Of a stretch of DNA of 64,000 nt, positions 36,427 through 49,200 are shown in pieces. The number at the start of each line of letters is the position of its first letter. Within the stretch, counting starts at the first letter, position 1. Made by a program: the position numbers and the translations under genes. Source of the stretch: Catajapyx aquilonaris (taxonomy: Eukaryota); NCBI GenBank assembly GCA_000934665.2, contig KZ538137.1:1-64000 (forward strand), in the 5' to 3' direction. The notes beneath the pieces are model-generated. The model ran no database searches. It saw nothing but the letters and a program-made list of their open reading frames with translations, and was not told the origin of the DNA.

Positions 36427-39400
36427 GTGTGTGAGGGTGTGAGCCCGTCCCTGCTGAGCGTGAAGAGGCCGCCGGTGATGATGCTGCACGGGGATCTGCA
36501 GTGCCAACAGCAGGATGACGAAGATGAGGAAGAGGAGTCGGGTAGCCTGGAAGCGGCCAGGGTGGTCATTCGACAGCTCAAAGAAAGAAGCAGGGCACAG
36601 AGCCACAAGTTGTCCTCATGGCAGAGGAGGCTCAAACTGCAGGTGAGTCGTGGTCACATACCGTTCAGGTGAGGGGTCATCCGAATCCAGGCACATACTT
36701 CGCGAATATCGGACAATGGCCTCTGAAGTGACCGCAGCTCGATGACCTTGTGAATTCCCAAGGGAATCTGTCCGATTCACCTGATTTGTCCCTGATTCAC
36801 ACGGATTAGTCTGTCACGGTCCGTCACGTTCTTCCGGTTTTCGGTTTTGGTTCCGGCCGGTTTTAATTACAAAATTAATTCGCCCAATTTGTCGATATAA
36901 TAATAAAAAGTTGCAAAATTAAGCGAAGTGTAATTTAAAAAACCGAGTTTTTTTTTTTAAACTACGGTATCGACGGAAAATGTCGCGGACGCTCATTTCC
37001 ATAGGTGCCTGTCGCTGTCGTCAAATGTGTTACGTACAATACACTTTTGGAAAGCACATTTTAAAAATTGGCATTTCAACAGCAAGATTTCAAGCGGAAC
37101 ATGAGCATCCGCGAAATTTCCATTGATACGATAGAATTTTGAAACACCCTGTATGCATAGTTGAATAGATTGAACAAAGTAATCTACTGGTATGCAATTC
37201 AAAATAATGTGATTAGCTTGGATTTCATCCACAGGGTGAAGCGATGGTTCGGTTGCAACGAGAACGTGATGACCAGATGCGGAGGCTGTCTTCTCAACTG
37301 CTGGTGTTTGAGTCCCGACTTCGCCGCAAACAAGATGAGATCCATGCTACTCTGACCTCCAAGGAGAAGGAACTGGAGGAACAACGCAATCTCATAGAGA
37401 AGCTGCGATCCGAGTGTGAGAGGCTTCGCATTGACGAGATGGGAAGGTTGCAACAGCCCCCAACCTCTGGCAACAACCATGGAAACACACCATTGCTGAT
37501 GACCACTGCTGCCAATGATGCTGACTCACTCAACGACAGCGACAGTGCCATCATCATGGAGGAGGGGATCATGGATGCACCCTTGCCCAACTTCAAGACA
37601 CCACCTGATGTAAAAATTGTGCGGAGCGTGTCCGATGCTGTCGAGTGTAAGGCGTCGCATGTGGCAGCATCTGACTCAAGCAGAGGTGGAGATGGTGATG
37701 ATGATGTGGAAAATGACAGGCTAGGAAGCTCGAGTACTGTGTGTGCACTGAAGCGGTACAACGGCCTATTGAGGCGTCCCGAGGTTCTAGAAACTGTGTA
37801 CAGTGTGGAAGAGGAAGGTGAGGACACAGAGGGTGTGCAGGGTGCAAGAGGTGAGGACAATGATGATGATGATGAGGAGGAGGAGGAGGAAGATGATGAT
37901 GGAGAGGATGAGGAGAGCTCCAGAAGTGATCAGTCTCCCGCCAGGAGGTTCCTGTTTGGAAGCTATGAGCGGTTGAATCGACTTGGATCTGCTTCTCTGA
38001 AAGTGAGTCAACACAACTAAAGCCCACTCAAAATTTCAGGTACATCCCTTATAGGTTCAGAAAGAAGCTTTTATGAAATATCAATAGGAGTTCCATTTCA
38101 TCACAACATTGAGACTTGTGTGGAACATTTTCTAGGCTTTGTCTGGGAGAACTTGCTGACCTTATGGTCTAGTTTTTCTGGATTAGCATGATATTGACAT
38201 GATAGCATAAACAGAGGCCAAATATGTTGCATAAGTAGGCTGTACAGAACTACTGTAGGTAAATTTGGCCACATTACTAGTACTTATAGGCTTTCTGAGC
38301 TGGAGTAAAAACATTGCCGTGGTTTTAATAGTTTACCTGTTGGAAAGAATAAGACACTGGCAAGACAGCATGATGGTAATCTTTCCTCAGCCCTCTTGAA
38401 CCTGGCCAACATTTGTGCTTTGGTTGCGTTATATTATTTTGTTCCCCAGTGCATGATAAGGAGGAATATTTTGGCGGTCATCTGAAACTGAACAGTTCAT
38501 ATCACCGCTTCAGTATGGACTTTATTACATCACAAGTAGGATATTCTGACTTTTCTGTTTACTGGACATGTTTACTTCAGGTGAAAATTATATTGTCACC
38601 ATCACACTTTCTGTAACAATTTTATGGGTGAGCTACTGCACATCAAATATTATCTTACCAATGTTTGTAAACAAACAAATGGGATGTCCTTCTTAGACAT
38701 CTCTCTGTAATACCATTTGTTGTTGTGCTGTTGTTGAGTGTTCAAATATTATTTTTGGCCTTAGGCGCATCTCACATCAGAGTGCAGCAGGGAATATAAT
38801 AAGAGTGAGAATGTGAAAATATTTTAAAGATGAAAATGGAATATTTGAAATTCCCACTTTAAACTTTTTTTTTAAACTTCCTGGCTGTGATTAATTGTGA
38901 TAGAGACTGTGTGTCCATGTAATTTCAATTTCTTGGCACTAACTGATGAACAGCTTGATTTTCATTCGTAAACACACAAACAACACTAATATTTTTTCCA
39001 GGGATTCTGCTGCTTCCCAATACAGAACAACCAGCCAGAACTGTCAAGCCCCACGGCCATAAGCACACCTACCCAAACAACACTTAATCCTCAAATGTGA
39101 TATCCCTATCCAAAATAGCATATACAGAACTACCCTTGTTTCTCTAGTTGCAATAACTTGCAATCTGCTCCTAGCAGAAGTGAAAATGTGGCAATCCAAT
39201 TTTCACCTACTCTCTTGTCCAGTAATTTGGTAACACTATCTTAGCAAAATGTTTCATAAGACTGATAAACCAGTATTCTTCTATCTAGCCAGTATTTATT
39301 ATGTGATATGGTACTATCGGGTTCAAATACTTTTGGCCACTTTATCCTGGTCTTGAAGCAACCCTTCACACACACACACACACACACAAACCTCCTTAAC

Positions 39401-40151
39401 ATGGGGTCTATGTGAAGGGTTGCTTCAAGACCAGGATAAAGTGGCCAAAAGTATTTGAACCCGATAGTACATTAGGTTGTCAAAATGAGAAATGAAAAAT
39501 ATATAGCAATTGCACATCTGAATTTCTTAGAGAGATGACTGACAAAGCAGTTGCTCTCCAAGTGTTCCACACTGTAGTGGAGGAAATGCAGCATAGAATT
39601 GAACAATATTCAGTGTCTTCAGTAATGTAGTGCAACAACTTTTGCAACAAAACAAAAAGCATAATGAGCCAGTGAACTACGATGATAATTGGCAGAGAAG
39701 GAAAGTGAGGCTGAATATTACTCCAAAATGTGATGTTATTTATGAGTATTCCCATTATATCCCATTTTCACCATTCCATCTCCAGCACAAAACATGCTGT
39801 CACATTAGCTAACCCTCTGCTTTCAACCTCTGTCAGTGCTCTGCTCAACTCTCCTCTCCATCATCCCCCTCCCTCTCGTCGTCCTCCCTGCCCCTGTCAG
39901 TGGGTGGGGGTAGGCGTCGAGTGGGGCGAGGAGGCCGCTCCTCGGGGGACGACTCCACACAGCTAACCTACAACCGGGTGATGAGCAATCACAGGGCAGT
40001 GGTCAAACCCAAGGATGTCAAGTACAAGAGGATCAACAAGGCCCGATCACGTTCTCTGGAGGAGCTCAGGGGAAGGTTGAAGAGCTTGGTCGAGAAAGCC
40101 GGAGTAGCGGTCAGTGTCTGCCCAGTTGTTGTGGACCAGTCCTTCGCCTGA
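36427..40151 (+). CDS. Uncharacterised coiled-coil / acidic protein (gene B; distant paralog of gene A), ~415 aa from ATG 36478. Exons 36427(ATG 36478)-36642, 37235-38002, 39837-40151
   Basis: Phase-0 GT-AG introns (CAG|GTGAGT, AAA|GTGAGT; branch GCTAAC before 39836). The product has the coiled coil RLQRERDDQMRRLSSQLLVFESRLRRKQDEI, an acidic tract, LRRPEVLETVYSVEEE, and the C-terminal TYNRVMSNHRAVVKPKDVKYKRINKARSRSLEELRGRLK. Confidence 0.82.
39314..39467. mobile_element. Tc1/mariner-type MITE with perfect long TIRs and an internal (CA)n
   Basis: The 60-bp arms 39311-39370 and 39411-39470 are exact reverse complements. TA flanks both sides of CTATCGGGTTCAAATACTTTTGGCCAC... Confidence 0.85.
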
Positions 40152-43100
40152 ACTCTCTCTGTCTCTCAGAAAAATTCCCTCCCTTCCACTGACATCTAAT
40201 CTCAAAATATTCATGACCACACACCACACTATTGAGACTTACATTACTTGCAAGATTTTTGAAATGCCTTGAGAACCCTTGGGGTACTTACTATGGTCCC
40301 ATTACTTGGTGAGTCAGAAATAGCATGGTTTGTGTTCATAGTCATTCAACTAACTTGCGACAGACCGGCTGTTGGGCCAAACAACGACTCCTCTTAATGG
40401 GTGATAGAAGCCAAACAGAATAGGCTCAATAGTCTTTCCTACAGTGTAATTCAAATGAGGATTGTCAACAGGGATTCAGGTATTATCTAGGAATCTCTAC
40501 TATATAGATGTTCTGTGCAGTGGTTTCACCTAACGGCTTACTGGAAAAAGCCAAATCAGGAATAAAAGTATATATGTGAACAGGCTTATTTGGCATTCAA
40601 AAACTACTCTATATATATGCTCCAAAAATGATGCTCATTATGAATAGGATGCCATTTAAGACATTGTGTAACTCTTACAGTTAGTGGTACAAAAATCGAC
40701 AGTCAACATGTTGCAAAAGCAGACTTAACATCTGCATAGACAATGTCCACACTTCACGAACCTATTCAAGGAGCACATTGATATGCACACTTAACTCATT
40801 TTGGTACAGAAGTCTTTTCACCGCTTTGCAACATCTTAGAAACTGACTGACATCTACAACGATTTAAAAAAAATCTACTTCCATAAGCCAATTTAAAAAT
40901 CAAAGCCAAAATCCTTCTAGCAGATGGTCTGTCGCATGCACTATAGAGATAGGGTCTAACTGATTAGAATAGCTACGTAGTAAAACAAGTGTCAGTAGAC
41001 TTTGGGTAATAACATCGTAAAAGTCCCCCAATGCAGGTGCTTGATCAGGGGGGACATGGGGGTTCATAAAGCCCATTTTGCATGTTTATGGTGTTTAAAA
41101 AGTGGTGAATAATAGAGGTATCAGCGCCTTTCACAAAAAAACAAGCACGAGAATATGGTGAGTCTGCTCCAGAAAAGCACTTCCTCACCCTTCGTTCCTC
41201 TTTTAGGGAAGGCTCTTCCCATCAAAAGAGCACCTATTTTCGGGTGCAAGATTTACACTAGCCATTATTATTGTTTTTTGCATTGTAATTATTTTTGGAA
41301 GTCTCTGGCTTCTAGGGGGTTCCTGGATCCCACAGATTTTTCCGTTTCCTTCCTTGTAATAGCTCAAGCCTCCCCTTTTGTAATCCTACAATTTTTCATA
41401 ATACGTGGCCTTCACTTCTGACTTGACTATGAAGTCCATACTTGTAACTTTCATTGCTCATCTGTACATAATTGAGATATTTTATAGCTCTGGCAGGGAG
41501 CTAACATTTGCTGCAAATATGTTGATTGAATGTAGTCACTGTATATTTTTACTAATCTAACTTAAGTCAAGCAAATCCTAGCAATAACAAATTGTCCTGA
41601 TTGACACCAAATATATGCTCAGCGAAAAAATATAACTAGACAACTACATTCTCGCTAAACTACCTGTGGAGAACTGGTGTGCTTTTAGTTTAATCCACTC
41701 ATATCCGGAAGAAATCGCATATCCATATAAAATTGTCAGTACTGAAAGCAATATGACTTATGTAAAACATAGAGGAATATATTGAGAAACTTATTTTTAA
41801 TGAACATGACATACACATCTCTCTGCAAAAGCCATGACAATGTCTCGGACAGTGAAAGACGGGTAGAAATAGCTAAAACAAATCAATCCACACTTGCAAC
41901 TCAAAGTGGCCTTCTCTCCCCCTTGTTTCATCACTTCTCTAACTTCACTATGCATTCCATTCACTCAAATCCAACATTTTACCTCTAGACTTGGGACAAT
42001 AACAAAAGTGGGCCCCAGAAACTTTTGGAAGCCAGCGAGTACATCACATACATAGACTATGTCAGCTCAGGCATGAGATCATACACGCACATGCATGCAA
42101 AATATGCATCCCCTGTGCTGCGACTTTTAACTCTTCCCAGGATCACCAAGCCCATGAGAGGTTGCTACTACATTTATGTATTGTAATGATTACTGATGCT
42201 GAGGTTAATTTATGTTCACTGTTTCTTTTCCTCCATTGGACAGAGTTTTGAGTGCCCTATTTATTCTGAGCTGTGATTGAAACGCATTTCTTCTTCCTCC
42301 TCTTCCCAGAGGAGTACTGTGAGGGACATCCTGGGAATTATTGACAATCAGGTCAATGTTAGTGAGTATAGAGTATCCTGTCCCCTCTCCTATTCCTGTA
42401 ATCTTTTAATCCAGAGACACCCCCCCATACTGATCTCTATGCCCATGATGGCAATAAGAATCCCAGTGGCAAGCAAGAACAGATTTTGCTTCTCATTCTG
42501 CATAATAATATTATTTCACTACAACAATGGTTGTGTAGCAGGATTCTCACTTATTTTGAGTTTCCTGGCATGCTGTGGGAGGTGCTGTTGTATAAATGTG
42601 GCTGCCACAAATTTGTTCTTCCTTTATTTTATCCCAAAACATATTGTGATACTTTGGTTCATTATTGTGATAACATGATCGATGATGATTATTTTTATTG
42701 TGTGTTTACAAATTGGGATGTAATTGCAAGTGAAGTTCAACATGTCAACCTACACACAAAAATCAATGTATGCGCATTGGCTGTTTACTAGCTTAAAAAA
42801 TTAATGACATGGACGTAGAAAAAAAGGCCTTCTGAATACATGATGTAACATAGCTTGTTTCTAGAATGGAATGTGTACAAGTACCCATCCCGTATATTGC
42901 AAGGAATTGTACTTGCCATGTGGACAGTTGAGTAAAGAAAATAACATGACATAAATACAAAGATGTGAAACTAATCTGTGTCTACATTTATAGTAATTGT
43001 TCCTACCTAAAAAGGTGGCAAGAAATGCTTCTTTTTTTTCACAGCCCATACTGGCAGGAACCTTGGTTGCAACTCACAGTCGCTGAGGTATTTTATTGAT

Positions 43101-43258
43101 ACATTCCAAATATATCTGTTATAAGACTTCTGTACATTTGGCACATGCACATAATTTAAAAGCTTTGGTCAATCTTGAACTAAAGTGCCTTTGTGTTCAC
43201 CAATACTGCATCCAAGTATTTAAAAAAAAAAAGTGTGCTTCTGAGCCTCTGACTCACC

Positions 43259-46200
43259 TCAAAATGTGTCAGGCTCCCCGCTGGCCCCGAGGTCCACCTC
43301 CCCAAACCCCTGCTGCTCCATCCACCCTTCCTCTTCCTCTCCAATTATCATGATATCTTCTGCTCCACCAATTTCGCCTTCTGCATCTTGAAATTCTTCC
43401 TCTCCATCTTGAAATTCTTCCTCTCCAGCCCCATTGTCTTCAGCGTCTAATTTAAGAATTATAAAAGGCTCTACACATGACTGGCTTATAAATTTTAAAA
43501 TAAGTAAAAGTGCCATCACTAACCACAGAGCAGAAATTCTTGTAATTACGCTAACAATCAATAGGTGCAGTAACAACAGCCAGTTTGATAATAACAATGA
43601 TGTAAGAATGGCTCAGTGCACTGCCTGAGTCACGACTGCACATTATCATGATGTCGTCTCTGGTGCATCTGGTCTTTTCCGTATAAGTACCTCAGAAACA
43701 TAAGTAGCCCCTGATGTACACTAAGTATAAACTGAGTATAAACTAATCACAAAAAGCTTGTGTTTTTGCTCTGTGGCGATAAAAAACACTAGCTAATCAC
43801 AATGCATTATTAAACTTTAAAATATGCAATGCTGCTAAGGCAACTGGCCACATTTTAAAGCTTAATTGACAAGCGGAAGCCAAATATTTGAACCGATTTA
43901 GGCTGAGTACATTTGACACACAATACTTTTTTCTACAAAGTGACCATAAAGTCTCAATCCATAGGACGAAACAACGAAGTTGCTTCAAATCTTGTTAAAT
44001 TAAGTCTGTAAAGCCTTGGTAACACTCTCAACTACTGTTCTCTTGTTAACCATTTTCGTTGTACCTGTATCATTGCAGGTGATCTGTCTGTGTAAGTACG
44101 ATTGGGAAGCTGCATCATTGTTGGTCACCTGCAATAATACAGGTACAACATTAAATGGTTATCAAGATGCACAGAGTATAGTTAAGAGTGTTTGTAAGGC
44201 TTTACAGACTTAATTTAACTTAGTTGTTTTATCGTACAGAATGTAAATAAGTGTTATTCCTGTTTTACCCCAGGTAATCCTGAATAAGTATGTGTGTTTC
44301 ACTTGCATGCCAATGATGTAATGGACTTTCAGGTGAATGTCCAATTATGTCACATATTTACATCAAGAAGTAGAAAAAGTGTCAAGAGTGAGAGCCTGTT
44401 AAATTTTCACTGACACATGTGAGAGCTATTTTTTGATCCACACATAGTGAAAGTCATGCAAAGTAACTAAATCACAAAAATCGATTAAATCCATAACATC
44501 ATTATGTGACCTTAATCTTGAAGTAAGAAGCACCATTAGATTCCTTTCATGCATTTTTGTTAACACCTGAATGCTCTTAACCTGTCATGTGTGCAACATC
44601 CTCTTCATCATCTGTCTCGTCGCCATCATCATCTTCAATCATTTCTCCCTCACCATCCCCACCATCATTGACATTCATCCCAAGGAGCTGCAACAGCCAC
44701 CGTGGAAAGGCCTCCTCTATAAGTTCTTCGTCATAGACAGGTTCCACTGGCCAATGTGGTTCACTTTGCACACGTTCTACTTGGGCTCTGTTCTGTCTTC
44801 TCCATCCAACCCCAGGTCTGCTCTGGTTCTCCTCGCCCTCCTCCTCTCCCTCAGGCGCCTCATATTCTATTTCCCACTCATCCTGATCATCAGGAGGTTC
44901 ACCCCAATCTTCAAGCAACACAGGCAAAGCCTCATCAGGGACAGTGGCAAATCTCTGGATTGAGCTGGCACACTCTTCTAGGTTATCATAATAGGTGTCT
45001 TGACTGGCATATTCTTCCTCCTGCTCCCCTCCTTCAGCTGTCTCACGAAGTTCAAAATCGTAATCTTCACTGGAGGAAGAGGACGCATAGGCTCCATAGA
45101 GTAGATGGTATATGGGGCTTGCTCCACCTGGATTTGTCTCTTCCACCACATGCTGATTCTGGTCCAACAGGATTTTCCTGATAAAACACAGGAGCACAGT
45201 TAGGAATCTGCAAGGTATGTGACCTTAAAGTAGTGAAATACCCCAGTCCTGATGCAAGTCATCAGATTCAAGATCATCCTTACCTGAGGTAAGTTCATTA
45301 ACAGTTTCTTACTACAGTGAAACCTGTCTGTAACGGACCCTGGATAGAGTGAAAGCTTTTCCATTACAGAGTGTCTGTTTGGTAAAAATCAAGGATTTTC
45401 GTTGTAATTTTGCGTTATACACTGCCAATTTGTTCAGTACACAAAATATTTATCAGAAATGGAGTGATTCCACTACAAACAGGTGTCACAGTATTTCAGA
45501 CTAAATTTATATTCACCTAAGCTCTTGCACGGTTAGTCCCCTGCACCCATTGGGCATACAACTCAGAATAACAGACAGTGGTATTCGTATATCCCCTTCA
45601 GGTGTCTCCTCACAGCCTCCTTCGTCAGTTTCATTTTCTCCACGCCTTAGTGAGGTCATAAAGAATGCTGCTGTTTGATGCATGGTGCTTAAGACTTGAC
45701 CCCTCAACTTCTCTTCCTCAGTAAGAGGGTTTTCATCATATGGAAAATCACACTCCCGGACCAGACTATACACTTCAGACCCTAAGTCAGTGAGGCGATC
45801 TTCTTTTTCCTCCTTGTGTCCTTCCTCAGTGATGCTTGTACTGTCTATCAGACTCTGTGTGGACATATTGGGAGATATGCTTGTACTGGGAGGCTTCCAG
45901 GTGAATATTGCTATCTGGGAACATCTACCATACTTGGTGCATCCTGAGGGGGCATTCCCAATGCCATCAAAGCAAACAGTGTAGTCTGGATAAGTACCAA
46001 CCACCTTGTTGCACCTAAGAGGAATACACAAAATATTGTATGTAACTATGTACTGTACACATTGGGGGGGAAAAAACACTTTTTCTCATTTGCAATTCCA
46101 GTTTTGCAAGATGCACTTCGAAGATCATAAGGCATGATTAAAAATCCTCCATAATGAAATTGTGAAGTCAAGGTCAGTGGTCTTTCTCAAGAGGCATAAA

Positions 46201-49200
46201 AATACATTTGTCCCTTATATTTTTGAACTTAAAAAATTACTCCTTTTCTCATTCAGTACAACTGAAAAACCAGTTAGGAACGTACAGTATGTACCTGAAG
46301 TTGGAAATTTGTAGTGTTGCCATAATAATTTTTTCCTCTGCCATCTCACTATATTATGCTATACCTGTGATTAAGGGTTAATTTTTGCATCCATCAAGAA
46401 GTCCTGAATTAAATACAGTCATGTCTGCCAACAGGAAACCCTGGATAAAGTGGAAATTTATCTGCTAGTCTGCTGCAGATGTGAGATTTTCTCCACATTT
46501 TTGTTGAATGTAAGTAACAGAACCTGTCTAAATGAATCCCAGGATTTAGCAAAGTTGACACATACCTCCTAATTCTCAATTAATAATAACTCGCATTCTC
46601 ACGTACTTCATAAATCCCCCATAAAACTGCCACAGAACTGACATGCAAGATGAGTGATGTTTTGTGAGAAATATGTGCCAAGTTGCATTAACATTTGCAC
46701 AGTTGCATCCTGTGAGACTGACAACCTCACTACGTGTTCCAAATGGTTTGGCTGCCACTTCTGTTCCCAACTCATGTTTAGGCTACTTGAACAAGCACAC
46801 GGCTGCAAAAGGTCCAGAATAATGGACTCAGAGGCACTGATTCAGAGATACACTAAACTAATGCAACGTGAATTTTTTTCCCTGGTTTCCTAATACAGTA
46901 TAGTGAAAACTTGTTTATTACAGAATTTCAGGGAGTCAAGTAATTCCACTATCATCAGATATCATTGTGCAAGGTATCAGCTTCAGAATCACAATATGCC
47001 AAAAATTACACTTAACTGTGACTCACACAGAAATATCATATTTGATGCACTTACCATGCTTCAAACTCAGCCCTGGTCCACTCGAACTTGTGGTCGGGAT
47101 GCCTGAATCCAGAGAAGTTTGGAAAGAGCACGTTGAAGTCTGCATTGGGAGTGGTGAAGACTGCCATCTTGGGTTTAATAAAACCAAACACAGCCTCAGG
47201 AAAAGCCTGCAACTCATCATCTGGCAGGTGCTCAATTCTGTGGGTGATAATTCCCTTTGTTTTTAGTTCTTCTAAAACACTTGTGGGGAGGGTCATGACC
47301 ACAGACCATGAGGGCAAATTACAAGTGACAATTAACAGTGAAGTCTACTGTAAGTTTGCCAGTACAGTCTGTAGAATAGCACAGAACATGGGTACCCCAT
47401 CCACATTGGCACATCAGCCACTGCTTAGCAGCCATTACATTCTACAGGCCAGTGCAATGGACACTACAATCTAAATAAATTACAGTTGACTCAGCATATA
47501 ACAGACCTCAAGGGACAGCAAATAAAAGTCTGCTATAGTCAATTCGCCACTTTTGCAATTAATACACAAAGTTTTCTGCTTACTGTATGCCTATAATGCA
47601 CACTACTGCACACTGATTAATAAAACTATCCACAAAAATTGCGAAATTAGCTAACATGTGAATTATGCAGGACCAAAATCAGTAATTTCCTTATTCCATC
47701 TCCTTGTTGCAAAATACATCATGTTCATGAATTCATTTGCCAAAATGATACGGGGGGGTAGGGAATGCGTGTGGTAGAAGCATGGCATAGGTCCAAAAAG
47801 CCAGTGACGACCTTTGACGTCGACGGTGTCTATCCTGACAAGCATGAATACAGTACCCCTGTACACTACCTGACAAAATTGTATTCCCTAAATGTTTATT
47901 TTTCAGCGGCAGCAGCGTTGCTGTTGCCTGGCAACCACGCCACTGCCGGGAATAGGAGGGTGATTTCAGACATCATAACATGGATATCGCTTACAGTGTT
48001 CTTTCGATTGTTACCACTGTTTACAGGGGGTGAGTGACACAGATGACCCAGGCACAGGTCTGCCTGCTTACACAGTAGCAGGGGTAATAACAGGAAAATA
48101 GCGTAATGATGTTAGAAGCAAGCCACTTTGGGATAATGTTCCCTGCTGTACTCAAAGAAAGGTTTTTTCCACATCAAATGAAATACAGTCCATTACACGA
48201 AAGAACGATCTAACATCATTGTTTTGTTTACCAACTGCTAGTCATCGGAAATCTGCCAAACGCATCTCTGGAACCTTCAACTTTTCCTGTTTCCATGGAG
48301 AAGCCCTCACACAACAATATGAGCAAACAGTGTCAACAAAAAAGAACAATTCTTGCTCATATTGTTGTGTGAGAGCATTTCCATGGAAACAGGAAAAGTG
48401 GAAGGTTCCAGACATGCAGAGATGCATTTGGCAGATTTCCGTTGATTAGGAGTTCATGACGTCAGATCATTCTGATGTTTAACGGACTGTATTCCATCCA
48501 GATTCCATTACTGAGGAGGGGGAGGGGGTGTCAATTAAAATCAGGGGCGTGCTAATTGGAAGTGTGTCAACTGACGGATTCTTTAGATTTTAGAGTCTTT
48601 TCCGTGTAATTCAACACCTCTAAGACAAATGGTGATCGTGACCCACATGTCATTCACGTAATTTGGCCCCTCTGACATCATATTTCAAAGTGGTCGCCCA
48701 ATATACATGCCATTCGCGTCATATTATTACCAGGACGAGGTACAGGACTAACACAGCAGATATTGTATGAGGCAACCATTTTGAAATGTGATGTCATAGG
48801 GTCCAAATTACATGAATGACATACGGGGCATGGTCACCATATGTCTTAGAGGTGTTGAATTGTGCAGAAAATACACGAAAACCAAAAGAATCCATCACTT
48901 GACCCACTTCCAATTAGCACTAATTAGCACACCCCCTCCCCCTCCTCAGTGATGGAATATATTTCATGTGCTGTGGACAAAAACCTTTCTTTGAGTCCAG
49001 CAGGGAACATTTTCCCAAAGTGGCTTGCTTCTAACATCATTAGGCTATTTTTCAGTTTTTTCCTTGCATATCCCTGCTACTGCGTAGGCAGGCAGCCCCG
49101 CCACTCTCTCCCTGTAAACAGTGGCAACAATCAAAATAACACTAAGCAACCTCCATGTGATGATGTCTTAATTAGCCCTCCTACTCCCGGGGGTGGCGGG

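Noticed and set aside
39002..39100. Possible extra exon of gene B after acceptor TTTTTTCCAG (GFCCFPIQNNQ...PQM-stop)
   Set aside because: It ends in a stop with no good donor and would drop the conserved C-terminal motif. An alternative last exon is possible but unsupported.
42390..42503. 37-aa minus-strand smORF with one hydrophobic stretch (MQNEKQNLFLLATGILIAIMGIEISMGGCLWIKRLQE)
   Set aside because: Short, with no promoter or homology evidence; expected by chance in AT-rich 3' flanking DNA.
43259..43597. 112-aa minus-strand ORF resembling a small membrane protein with an acidic tail
   Set aside because: It starts at TTG and its hydrophobic part is T-rich intron sequence. The acidic part begins at an acceptor (43447) in phase with the Hen1 exon-6 donor, so it is better explained as a Hen1 exon.
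48219..48449. Two opposite-strand ORFs with near-identical peptides (SGTFxFSCFHGxALTQQYEQ)
   Set aside because: An artefact of the palindromic MITE at 48186-48489.
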